The translations under genes were made by a program, and so were the position numbers. DNA of 63,536 bases from a virus (taxonomy: Duplodnaviria; Caudoviricetes). A model generated the notes under the pieces. The model searched no databases. It saw nothing but the letters and a program-made list of their open reading frames with translations, and had not been told where the DNA came from. Below, in pieces: positions 39,684-52,600 of the stretch; positions within the stretch are counted from its first letter, which is position 1; the number at the start of each line of letters is the position of its first letter. The DNA lies in the IMG/VR virus record IMGVR_UViG_3300033153_003999, positions 1 through 63,536 of that record. One strand, given 5' to 3'.

Positions 39684-40652
39684 ATGCCAGAGTACGGAAT
39701 AGCGGATACGATGGCCGACCTCGAGGGCGGCGTCCAGGCTGGTCGAGAGCAGACGGCCAGAAATGAGGCGACCGACCAGGCCTTGCAGGGTGGGCGCAAC
39801 AAGCTCGCGCAGGAAGGCATGAAGGAAAGCCTTCAACGTCTTGTCATGGGCGATCCACAGGGCGCCATGGATACCTGGAACAAGACCGGCAAGCAGCGTA
39901 TGTCCGAACCGCCGTCCTACGATAAAGAGACTGGCATGGTGTCATGGCTGGAAGAAGGTGATGACGAGCCTACGCAGGCACCGCTCCGCATGATGGCCTC
40001 CATGGTTGGACTCAAGCTGCCTGAGGGCGGTGAATGGAAGCACGGCTATCGTGGGCAGTATTACAAGAGCGATACCGGTGAGACCCGCGGTATTCCTGCT
40101 CCTGAGAGCGGTGGCGCCGGCCAGCAACGACAGAGCTATAAAGCTGTTACCGACGAACTTGCGCGCCAGATGGGCGGTACCATGGACGCCATGGGCAAGT
40201 GGTCGCTACCTGCCGGTAATCAGGAAAAGTACGGCATGTTTGCGTCGATAGCCCAGCAGATTGAACAACAGGTACCTGGACGTTATCCTCCTGCCCGTAT
40301 TGCTCAGCTGGTGATGAAAGCCGGCAAAGGTTTTATCTCCGAGAAAGAGGCGCTGAAACAGGCCCGCGCTGAGGCAAAGAAGAAGGCCGGCGTGCTTACT
40401 ACCGATAAACAAGATTTCGGCATGCCGCGTGACCAGTGGGCGCAGCAACGTGCAAAAGAGATCATGCAGACTTCCAGACAGGATCTCATGCAGAAGGTCA
40501 TGGGCCAGATGGGCGCCAAACCCAAGGCTAAAGCTAAGGCCGAGAAATTGCCGCCACGCGCCATGAAGCTGCTGAAAGAAGGCAAACAAACCAGATTCCA
40601 GAACGGTCAGGTCTGGACTCTCAAAAACGGTAAAGCCGTAAAGGTTAAATAA
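39684..40652 (+). CDS. ejection (internal virion) protein
   Basis: Gln/Met/Gly-rich helical protein before the giant gene. Confidence 0.65.
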   Translation: MPEYGIADTMADLEGGVQAGREQTARNEATDQALQGGRNKLAQEGMKESLQRLVMGDPQGAMDTWNKTGKQRMSEPPSYDKETGMVSWLEEGDDEPTQAPLRMMASMVGLKLPEGGEWKHGYRGQYYKSDTGETRGIPAPESGGAGQQRQSYKAVTDELARQMGGTMDAMGKWSLPAGNQEKYGMFASIAQQIEQQVPGRYPPARIAQLVMKAGKGFISEKEALKQARAEAKKKAGVLTTDKQDFGMPRDQWAQQRAKEIMQTSRQDLMQKVMGQMGAKPKAKAKAEKLPPRAMKLLKEGKQTRFQNGQVWTLKNGKAVKVK

Positions 40653-43600
40653 TGGCGCAAGATCCATGGGCAGTTGTTACCGATGAGGGGCAAGACGATC
40701 CATGGGCTGTGGTCGTAGAAGAGAAGCCTGCCGCCGAACCCCTATCTCTATCCTTCGATCAAGGCGAAGCCGTCACCCCTGCCGGTGAAGAAAAGGTACC
40801 GTTTGGTGTCGTCCCCACTGGCTACAAAGAAGAAGTCCCCTATCTCCCGTCTGGCGAGACCATTGGAAAGGTGATCTCGACTGAAGGCGACCCCATCGGC
40901 ACCACCATCCAGAAGTCACTCACCCAAATTCCTCCACTATTACAGGCCACGGCTGGCGGCCAACTCCAAGCCCTTGGCGAGGACGTTCCCGATATTGAGC
41001 GCCTGACCGCGATTGATGTTGCTGGTGATGGAGACGAGTTCGAGATCCCTGACTATTTGCAAGACAAGCCTTCCGTAGATGCGGCTGAGTTGCTGCGCGA
41101 GACCGGCAGAAAGACCTATATGGCCGGGATGAAGGAAGCAGGGCGTCGAGCTCCAAACGTGCCGGAGGGGTCGTTCAAAAAATATGTTGCTGACGTGACG
41201 GTTGCGACAGGCCTTATGTTGCCTTCGCTCGCGGCCGGCGTTGTCACCAAGAACCCTAACGTGGCGCTGGCCGTCATGTATCCGCAGGTAGCAGGGCAGG
41301 AATACGGTCGCCAGCGGGCTGAAGGCCAAGACCGTGACGTTGCCCATGCCAGAGCCCTGGTTATCTCGTTATCAGAGATCGTCACCGAAAAGCTGCCGTT
41401 CGACCAGTTTATTAAAGGCAAGGGCAAGAACATCCTTGGCCGTATATTTAAGGCCATAGGGCTTGAGGGCGGGCAGGAGTATGTCCAGGCCGGTGTCGAG
41501 GTGTTGGTTGATGAAGGCCTGCTCGAGTGGGATATGCCTGCTGCCGAGGCTCTGAGCAAGATAGGTCAGCTCCTTGCCGACCCTGAGAATCAGAAGAAGA
41601 TGCTGTATCAGGCTCTTGTCGGCGCCGGCATGGGCGGTGTTCTCGGTACCCCCGCTGCCATTGCACAGGGTTTCCAAAAGCCGGGAGAGGCCATACCAGA
41701 TGACGTGGAGCCAATACCGGGCTTTAAGGCCGAGGATTTGTTTGGTGCCGTGGAAGAGGAAGAGGTTGCCCCGGCCCCTGAACTTGAAGCACCTGTTGAC
41801 GAGTGGGCGGAAGAAGAACCGCCAGCTCCGGAAGAGGACTACACCGAGCCAGAGCCCAGCTACGGGATCCCCGAACCAGAGGCAGTGGCGCCGCCAGAGC
41901 CGGAGATCGTGGAGCCAGCTGCAGAGGAGCGTGCTCCAACCATCAAACCGTGGAAGGGTAGAAAGCGGTATGGTATGCAGCCGGTAGACGCGCGCTATGA
42001 CGACCTTCTTGCCGTTGCTGCCAAGAGTGGCGGTATCAATATCGACGCCGCTACCAGCGAGGGCATAGATCCTGCCATCTTGCGAGACCGCTTGGGCGGC
42101 GGCAAGATGCCGGTATTCCGCAAGGAAGGCGGAATGACTATCGATTCCTTGGCTGAAAAACTGGAAGAGCTGGGCTTTATCGATGAACGTGACGCCAATG
42201 CGGCGCTCGATGTTCTGACCGACGCCGTGACCAAGGAGGCTGCTGGCGAACGCGTGTACTCGAATCAGGTCGATGCCGACATGCTGGCCGAGACCAGGAA
42301 AGAGCCGACCCCGGAAGAGGAGGCCTTCGAGCCCACCGACGTTAAGCAGGATCTCGACGATCTCATGGAGCAGGCCCAGGAAGCGGCCACCACGCAGGAG
42401 CAAGAGCTTAGGCTCGAGCGCATATTGTCCCGCGACATCGAGACTCCTGACGCCGAAATGCAGCAGGCTCTCGCCGACTTTATCGACGAGACCCGCACCC
42501 TGGCACCAAAGGCGTCAACTACCGCTATCCCTGAACAGGAAAGCCGTCGTCGTAATATCGCCTACCGGAAAGATCTTGAGCAGTTGACGCCTGACGAAAT
42601 GCGCGAGGCCGTTGCTAAATTGCGCGAGGACGCGACCCGCGATCCCATGACTGGGGCGCGCTCGTTCTCAGCTTTTGAGGATGATGCCGACCTGGGCTGG
42701 GAATATGTTGGCGCTGCCGACATGGACGGCATGGGCTGGTACAACGATAACTGGGGCCATCAGGCCACCAACGATCTGCTTAAATCTGTGGCAGACGCTA
42801 TGAATACAGTGGAAACGGAGCAAGTGCGTTTCTACCGGCTGCATGGTGACGAGTTTGCCGTGCGAGCCACCAGCGAGGAATTTGCCCGGTCTGCACTGGA
42901 AGAGGTACAGAAATTGCTTGCCTCTTCACCCGTGGAAGTGAGCGGGCTCAATGAAAAAGGTGAGCGCCAGACTTTCAAAACGGAAGGATTAGGCATAACC
43001 TACGGTGTAGCGAAGAGCTACGAGGAGGCTGATAGTGAAGCAAATGAATGGAAGCAAAAGCGCCAGCAGCGCGGCAAGCGGGCTGCAAAAGGTAAGGAAC
43101 CTGTTGGTCTGGGCAAAAAGCCTGCCGCCGTTGAAAAACGTCCGCGTGAAGGTATCCCTACCGAAGAAGGCGTAGCCGACACCGAGATCACAAAACAGGT
43201 AGACGCTAAGAAGAAAAAGAAGGTTGTATCAAGGCCGGCACAAAGGAAAGCCAAGGTCTACCAGCCTATTAGTGATGGTGTTCTTACTCACACCAAGCTC
43301 TTTGGCGATAGCTCTGGTGCTAAGTCCTTGAAGTCTCAAAGTTTTAAGTCTCTCAAGAGGGACGAACAACATGTGGTGCTCACGAAGATGAGAGCTGCGT
43401 TTAACGACGACAAGATTTTCAGGGCTGTTATCAATACCATTCCCGTTGATATGATGAACGTCCTCATCGGGAAGAAGTGGTCTACCAAGGATCTCCTCCA
43501 TAACAAGTCTATGCTCACCAATAGGCTTACCGTCTCGCGTAACGTACCGATAACGAAGTCCATAATCAGCGTCATCGATGAGCTTTCTGCCGCGATCGAA

Positions 43601-46600
43601 GGTAGACCTACACAGGCGGTTACAAAAAAACCTAGTTTGCGTGGCCGCCCTAGCCTTGTTGAGCTTCCTGGTGACAGGGGTGCCGCAGTTAAGGCAATTA
43701 GCGGTGATATTTGGCATGGAAAAATAGCTGGTCAAGAAGTAGAAGTTGACCTTAACCCAACAGAAGCACAAAAGGAAGCAGGGAATTATTCCAAAGGGGC
43801 AATCTCAATTCAAGGCCTAGACATTACCATTGAGAACCCGAAGGGCAGCCGGCGCCGTCCCGAGTGGCCGGAACTCACAGCCCATTATGGTTACATCAAG
43901 CGCACCGAAGGCGCTGACGGAGACCATGTCGATGTGTTCCTTGGCGACAATGCCGAGACTGCTGGCACCCTGTTTATCATCGACCAGAACGACCCCAAGA
44001 CAGGCAAGTTTGACGAGCACAAGGTCGTCATCGGCCCGTTCAATGAGGTCGATGCGGTCAATCTGTACAACTCAAATTATGAGAAAGGCTGGCGTGGTGC
44101 CGAGGCCGTCAATGAACTGGATATTGCTGACTTCAAGGTATGGCTGGAGAAGGGCGATACCACCAAACCATTCGCAGACCAGGCAAATGCCGCATGGTCG
44201 CAGGAGAAGCCCACAAAATACGATAAATATGCCGATGAACTGAAAACTTTGATTCGCGTGGAAGGCATTAAGGAAGCTGCCCTGGCGCTGATTAAGAGTG
44301 GCAAGGATCCGCGCACGATGACGAAGCCAAAGGCTTTGTCTGATTCGCTTAACAATCAGTCGGTGTTGAGTTATGTCTTTGAGCAGAGCGAAAAAGCCAT
44401 CGAGACCGAGCTGGATAAGGTTGAGAAAAAAGAGGGCAAAGCCTTTGCAGATGAAATGCAGCGGCACGTTGTCGCTACTTTTCTCGAAAGCACTGAACCA
44501 ACCATGCTCAGCGGCGAAAATCTGCGCCTATTGGTGAAGGAGTATGAAGCTGCGCTGGTCAAGATAGATCTTGTTGAGCCGGAGGTTATTGCAAAACCAG
44601 AAGCGGTCGCACCAGAAGGAAGCGAGGAAATTTATACCAGGATCCGCGCCTACAACGAGAAAGACTTCCAACAGGAGCGCGTGGAAAATCTGCGCCTGAT
44701 GGCTAAAGCACTCGGTTTCAGCAAAGTATCCACCAAGCCAAAACAGGATCTCATTAAGGAACTGACGATCTGGCGTGATGCCAGCGCGATCAGCAAACTG
44801 CCAATCCCTGGCGATATAACCCTAATTCAGGAGGACCAGGAAACGATTGCCGGAGAAGCTATCACCCTGGTTACCGTGCCAGAAGGCACTAAACCCGAAA
44901 CCGTTGAAAAGCTGGAAATAATCTCCAGGCATTTCGGTGGAACAGGCTATACTGAGAGCAAGGCAGTCAAGGGAAGCACTGAAAAGGGGCTCCGGTTCCG
45001 TGATAGAACCGGCCTCGATAACTTCCTCGACTACGTGGAGACCGCCCATGAACCTACAGAACTGGAAAGACCAAGCCCGCGACCACTGGAAGGAGCACCT
45101 GCCGAAAAGGTACAAGGCGTTGCTCCAGAAAGGGGCGCTCGAGGCGTCACTGAACGAGGCCGTGATCGCGACAGAGCGCGAGATGAACGCGCTGACGAAC
45201 GCGGGCCAGGAAGAGTGGGAGGCGTGGGAGCAGGTCAGGCAGAGCTATCTCTTCCTGTCGCCCGAGCAGACACCGGCCACGACTACGTAATTACTGCCGA
45301 AGACAGTCTCGGTGCCGGTGGCGCCAAGACCAAGGCCGCGGCCAACATCGAGGCAATTCGCCTCCTCAAACAAATCGAAGTCGAACAACGTCAGGCCACG
45401 CCCGAAGAGCAGGCTGCCCTCGTTAAGTACGTGGGCTGGGGCGGAATCCCGCAGATCTTCGACAAAGACAACACTGGATGGGCCAATGAATATTTCGAGC
45501 TGAAGAACACGCTGACAAGCGAAGAGTATGCTGCTGCCCGTCGTTCTACCCAGGACGCGCACTACACGTCACCGACTGTGGTTAAGGGCATATTCGACGC
45601 CCTGCACCGGTTCGGGTTCAAGCATGGTCGCATCCTCGAGCCATCAATGGGCACCGGCAACTTCTTCGGCATGATGCCGGTCGAGGTTCGCGGCAAGTCC
45701 AAAATGACCGGCGTCGAGCTGGATCACATCACTGGCGGTATCGCCAAACTCCTGTACCCCACCTACGATATTCACTCTCCCAAGGGATTCCAGGAAGTAG
45801 ACGTTCCCGAGGGCTACTTCGATATTGCTATCGGCAATCCTCCCTTTGGATCCCAGAAGGTGTTCGATGCCAAGCACAAGGATATTTCCGAGTTCTCGAT
45901 CCACAACTATTTCTTCGCCAAGTCGCTGCTGAGTGTGCGGCGGGGTGGCGTTATCGCCATGGTGGTCAGCAACTCCCTGCTGGACAAGTTCGGTGGCGCC
46001 CAGCGTGCGTGGCTGGCAGAGCGGGCTAGATTCCTTGGCGCCATTCGTTTGCCGAACAACGCCTTTAAGAAAAATGCGGGCACAGAAGTCACGACCGACA
46101 TCATCTTCCTGCAACGCAAGGCCAGTATCGGAGCACCGACAAAGGGTAAGAGCTGGGCAGACATCAACGACACTGTTTCGGATCCGGCGACCGGCAAGCC
46201 GATACCGATGAACGAGTATTTTGTTGCGCGCCCGGAAATGATGCTTGGCGAAATGACGCTCGGCGGCACGATGTATCGTGGCGAAATGGCGGCATTGATC
46301 GCGCCCGAAGGCCAGAACCTTGAGAAGGCGCTTGCCGACGCTGTCAAAAACCTGCCTGAGTTTATCTACGAGGAAAGCCATGGTCGGGTAGCGGAGATTA
46401 CGGAAGCTGATTCCGTCATGCCGCTGGACGAGATCAAGGTCTACAGCTACTTCGTAAACGAGAAGGGTGAGGTCAGTCGCCGTCTGCCGGATCAGATGGA
46501 CAAGGCGCAGATGGAGGTCATGGATTTATCGCCAACGGTGTCGGCCCGCATGAAGGGGTTGGTCAAATTGCGGGATCTCGTCCGTCGTCAGATGCACGAC

Positions 46601-49600
46601 GAAATGAGCGTCGATGCCACGGAGAAGAACCTGGACGGCTTCCGTATGCGATTGAATCTTGAGTACGATCGCTTCACCAAGAAGTACGGCGCCATCCACG
46701 CCGAGGGCAACAAGCGCGCCTTCCGTGACGACCCGGATTATGGTCTGTTGCAGGCGCTTGAAGTCGATTATGACAAAGGCATAAGCAAGGCCGTTGCCAA
46801 AAAATCTGGTGTCGAGGCCGTTAAGCCCAGCTGGAAAAAGGCTGACATATTTACCAAGCGCGTGCTCGTACCTTACAAGCCCGTCGATTCTGCCGAGACA
46901 GCCGAAGATGCGTTGCTCGTCACCCTGGCTGAGAAGGGTTTTGTCGATATTGAGCACATGGCGAAGCTGACCGGGCAGGAAGAGGTTGATCTTGTTGCCG
47001 AACTAAAAGGCATCATTTTTAATGATCCCGAGCTGGGGTGGACGACAGCTGATGATTATTTGTCTGGCAATGTTAAGCATAAGCTCAAAATTGCACGTGA
47101 AGCCGGGTTATCAGACTACGCAGAAGCTCTTGAGAAAGTGCAGCCAGAAGATACTGAGGCTATCGACATCGATGCCAGCATGGGTGCCCCGTGGGTGCCT
47201 GCTGCTGACGTGAAAGCCTTTGTGAAGGAATTGCTCGACGTTGATGCAGCCCTGTCATATCAGCCTACTGTCGGCGCATGGTTCGCCAAGATCCCGACCG
47301 CCTACGGTGTGGCCGGTACCGAGGTATGGGGTACACCGAAAGCCAACGCCAGCTATCTGATTGAGCAGGCGCTCAAGGGCAAGAACGTGGTCGTGCGCGA
47401 CAAGGTCAAAGGCCCGGACGGTGATATTTCCGTTATCAACCAGCCCAAGACTGCTGCGGCACAGCTGAAAATGAAAGAGATCAAGCGCGAGTTTGCTGAC
47501 TGGCTCTGGCACGATCAGGCAAGGCGCACCCGCTTGGCGAAGTATTACAACGACACGTATAACACTAACCGCGTGCGTGAGTTCAAGGATCCTGGCCTGC
47601 AATTCCCGGGCATGAACCCAGCCATTACCTTGCGGCCGCACCAGAGAGATTTGGTTTGGCGTATTATTCAAGAAGGCCGGGGATTGCTCGATCACGTTGT
47701 CGGCGCGGGCAAAACTTTTGCCGCTATCGCTGCCGTTATGGAAATGCGTCGCATGGGTCTCGTTCGTAAGCCGATAATTACGGTGCCGAATCATTTAGTG
47801 ACCCAGTGGGCAGGTGACTTCCATCAGCTCTACCCGGGGGCCAAGATCCTGGCAGCTACCAAGAAGGATTTCCAGAAGGCTAATCGTCAACGCCTGTTCG
47901 CCCGCATTACTACCGGTGACTGGGACGCGATTATTGTCGCTCACTCCAGTTTCGAGCGTGTGCCGGTTCCACCTGAGTTCGAGGCCGAGCTGTTAAAGCA
48001 ACAGATCACCGACATTGATGCTGCCATGACCTCCCTCAAGGAAGAAACCGGCGACCGGATCTCGGTCAAGCAGCTCGAGAAACAGAAGGATCGAGTCAAG
48101 GAAAAGATGGAGCGCGCTGCCAAGGGCAAGGAAAAGGACACGGGCGTTAACTTCGCTGAAATGGGTATCGATCAGCTTATCGTGGACGAGAGCCACGTGT
48201 TTAAGAACCTGTTCTTCTCCACCAGCAAGACTCGTGTCGCCGGCATTGGCGACGGTACCGGCAGTCAGCGTGCCTTCGATATGTTCGTGAAGAATCGTTA
48301 CCTGCAAAAACTGAACAACGGTAAGGGCACGATCTTCCTTACCGGTACGCCTATCAGCAACACGATTGCCGAGATGTACACCGTTCAACGCTATCTCCAG
48401 TACGACGAGCTTGCCAGTCGTGGTCTCGCCCACTTCGATGCCTGGGCCAACGTATTCGGCAATGTCGTCAGCGGGTGGGAGCTGGATGCTACCGGCGTGA
48501 ATTACAAGATGAACAGCAGGTTTGCCGAGTTCGTCAACATGCCGGAATTGATGACGCTCTATCGCAGCGTGGCCGACGTCGTGAATCAGGAAGATCTCAA
48601 GCGTCAGGCTAAGGCTGCCGGCAATGTCTGGCCGGTTCCAGACATTAAAGGCGGCAAGCCTGAGTCCGTGATCGCGCCCAGGTCGGACTATCAGACAAGG
48701 TATATGATGGACATCGTTCACCGCGCTGAGAATATGCCGACGGATTCCAGCATAGACAATATGCTCAAGGTCACGAACGACGCCAGAAAGATGGCGCTCG
48801 ACATGCGTCTTATCGATCCCGTGGCTGAGGACTTCCCGGACAGCAAGGTCAACAAGGCTGTTGATCGTGTCTACGATATTTATAAGAAATGGGATAGTCG
48901 TAAAGGCACGCAATTGATCTTCTCGGATCTGTCCACACCGAAGGGGGCCAAGAAAGTTGTGGTCATTACCGGCGAAGAGGTCGAGACCGAAGGCCTGTCC
49001 ATGGACGATATCCTCGCAGCTGGCTCTAAATTCGATGTCTATAACGACATTAAAGCCAAGCTGATTAAGAAGGGTATCCCCGAAGCCCAGATCAGGTTTA
49101 TCCACGACGCCAACACCGATCTGCAAAAAGATCAGCTATTCAAGGACATGAACACCGGCAAGGCGCGCGTGCTCATAGGATCCACGGAGAAGATGGGCAC
49201 TGGCACGAATGTACAGCGCAGACTCGTTGCCCTTCATCACCTGGACGCGCCTTGGCGGCCGTCAGATATTGAACAGCGCGAAGGCCGTATCGTGCGCCAG
49301 GGCAATGAATTCTTTATGCAGGCGCTCGAGGCCGGGGATCCTTCCAGCTTTGAGGTCGAGGTATTGCGCTACGCCACCGAGCGAACCTATGACGCTCGCA
49401 TGTGGCAGACCCTTGAGGTTAAGGCCAAGTTCATCGAACAGCTTCGCAAGGGAGACACCAGCCTGCGTAAAGTCGAGGACGTGGCCGGCGAGGCTGCCAA
49501 CTTTGCTGACCTGAAAGCTGCTGCTACTGGCAACCCGCTTATATTGGAGCAGGTCAAACTCGCTGCCCAGGTGCAGAAGTACGACCAACTCAACACCCAG

Positions 49601-52600
49601 CACAAGCGCAAGATCATGCGCCTGCAAGACACGGTCTCACGATTGGCTGATTTTGATTCTCGTTTCGATGCTGACCTTGCCAACGTGCAGGCCGACATAA
49701 AGACAAGGGACGACAATACGGCGAAGGATTTCGACGACAAGGGCTTTGTGGTCACGATCAAGGGCAAGAAAGTTACGGACAAGGCCGAGGCCGCCAAGCG
49801 TCTCGAGGTCGAGGCCGTGAAGTTCATTAAAGTGGCTCCGATTATGATGCACGTCGGTACCTATCGCGGGTTCCCAATGGAGTTTGAGAAAGGCGTGTTC
49901 GGCTTCAAGGTTCTGCTGGACGGCAAGGGCCACGACTATGTCTCCTCTTACAAAGTGACGGACAAGATCAGCGGCAGCGGCATGCTTACGCGCTTGAACA
50001 ACCGGCTCGACGAGATCGACAAACGGGAGGACTGGCTCAAGGATCGCCGCGACCAGGAAGCCATCAACTATAAAAAAGCGCAGGCAGAGGTCGAGAAACC
50101 GTTTAGCGAACAGGCTGAAATGGACAGGGTCAATAAGCAGTTTGGCTACGTCATGGCTGAGCTGGAACGGATGAAGGATCCGAAATACGATCCACAGGAC
50201 ATGGAGACCGTGCTGGAAGGCAAGGTGCCCGAGAAACCAGAGGGGCCGATTCTGTACGCCAATCCGCTGCCGCTGATCGTGAAAGAAATGTGGAAGCAGG
50301 CGAAGAAGGGGCAACCGCTCGAGCGCTTCATGCGGATCCCGTTTCATATCATTGGTCACATCGATCCCAAGGGTGTGTGGCATGCGCCGCTATCAATTCA
50401 GAAAGCTGCCGGCGCTGCCCGTGGCGCTATCGATGCCGCTGCCAAGGCGACCGGGGAAAAGATCCCGTGGCTGGCGCACCAGGTCGAGAACGCGAGGGTC
50501 GGGCTGATTGATCGCTATGGCCTGCCCGAGGACTATAAGAAACGAGACATCGAGCGCGAGACCCAGGAGCGCGAGCTTTTGATTACTGCTCGTGACTTCA
50601 TTCAGGAAATGGAGCGCCGTGGCATGGATGCCAGAGAGGCGGAAGTCTTTCACTCCATGGTCACTGGCGAGGATATTCCGAGCGAGAAGTGGAACGATCT
50701 TTCTGACGAGATCCGGCTCGCCATCGATGAAATGGGCCGCGAGGCTGTGCACCTGGGCCTGATCTCGGAAGAGTCGTACCAGAAGAATAAAGGCGCCTAC
50801 CTGCATCGTGTCTATCTCAAGCACGAAGGCGGTGGCGGCAAATTGATGCGCTGGGCTCACGGTCTCGAGACAGTCAAACGCAAAAAGTTTATCGGCAACG
50901 AACTCAAGGGCCGCGGCATCGACATGGAGGTAACCATGGAGAAGCTGCTGACGCTCATGCCGCAGGACTGGTGGGGTCGGAAGATGCAGAAGGAAGAGGC
51001 TGACGCTGCCTTGCGTGGAATGAAATTCCACGTGTTCGACCGTCTGTCAAAACCGAAGGGTGAGACCAAGCGCAAGATCGTAGAACGTGTTTACTGGCCG
51101 TCAACCAAGCCGGTGCCGATTAGGTTCGACGCCTGGGAGAGTCGCGGCGAGTACGAGGTCAGATCCGTTGGCAAGAAGGTGCGGCTCTGGCGTGACTTCA
51201 CCAAGGCTGAGCGTGAATCCATGGGCGAGATCTTGGACGCACGCTACACCATTGGCAAGACGTTCATGCTTATGTCGCACGATCTGGCTGTTGGCAGGTT
51301 CTATCGTGACATCGCGCTTAATGAGGCGTGGTCTCGCAAGGATCCTCCGCCTCCCATGGATGACGGACACCCGAGCTGGACGACGCCGAGACACCGTAAC
51401 GCTACCTACACCGATGTTGAGTGGGTGCTCGTGCCCAGCGACAAGATCCCGGGCGCTGCAGCTGCCAAGTGGGGCGGCATGGCCGGCATGTACGTGCGCA
51501 AAGAGATCTGGATGGATCTCAACCAGCTGGACATTATGAACACACCGGCTTTCTGGCGCCGGCTAATGACCATGTGGAAGGTCAATAAGACTGCCCGCAG
51601 CCCGGTCGTGCACATGAATAACGTGATGTCGAACTTCGTCTTTATGGATATGGCCGATATTAGATTCCGTGATCTGGTCAAAGGCCTCCGGGAATATGTG
51701 AAGAAGGGCAAGCACTACGAGGACGTCAAACTCCATGGCGGTTTCGGTGGATCCTTCGCCGACCAGGAACTACGCCGGGAAGTGCTCGAGCCCATTCTCC
51801 GGGATCTGCTCAAGAGCATGGAAGGCGAACTTGTTGCCGGCGATCAAGGCCCGAGAAACGCCATGGGCGTGATGTGGAAGTTCTTGGATGATGCCTACCG
51901 CATGCTGAGAAAGGTCGATAATAAATTCATTGATCTATATCAACTCGAGGACGAAGTTTTCAGGATGGCTACCTATATGCGCCGCATCGATCTCGGCGAC
52001 ATACCGTCTGAGGCCGCGATCACGGCCAGGGATCAATTCCTGAACTACGACATCAGGGCGCCATGGGTTAACACGGCTAGATCTACCGTGCTGCCGTTCA
52101 TCGGTTACACCTATCGAGCTGTGCCCGTGATCGCCAAGAGTCTGGCCCAGAGGCCGTGGAAGCTCGCCAAGTACGCGACCGTGGCTTGGATGGCAAACTA
52201 CCTGGGATACATGTTCGCGCCAGGTGACGAGGACGAGGAGCGCAGATCCATGCGCGAGGAAGTCGCTGGCCGGACATGGCTCGGCACCTATCGCATGATT
52301 CGCATGCCGTATCGTGACGCCTATGGTAATCCGGTGTTTCTCGACGTCCGTCGCTGGATCCCGGCCGGCGATATTTTTGATACGAATCAGGGACAGGTCT
52401 CGTTCATACCGGCGCCGCTGCAATTTGGCGGGCCGCTGATGATCGCCGCCGAATTCCATTTGAATAAGGTGGCCTTCACCGGGCGCGAGATCGTGAACCC
52501 GGACGTTGATTCCGGCATGGAGCAGGCCGCCAACTACGCGGACTGGCTCTGGAAGTCGTGGATGCCGTCGGCGCCATGGGTTCCAGGTGGCTGGTACTGG

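Noticed and set aside
44072-52459. Other long antisense ORFs in the giant gene (e.g. 47993-49126, 45644-46381, 49637-50383)
   Set aside because: No recognisable motifs; typical shadows of GC-biased coding sequence, unlike the motif-complete HNH at 43229
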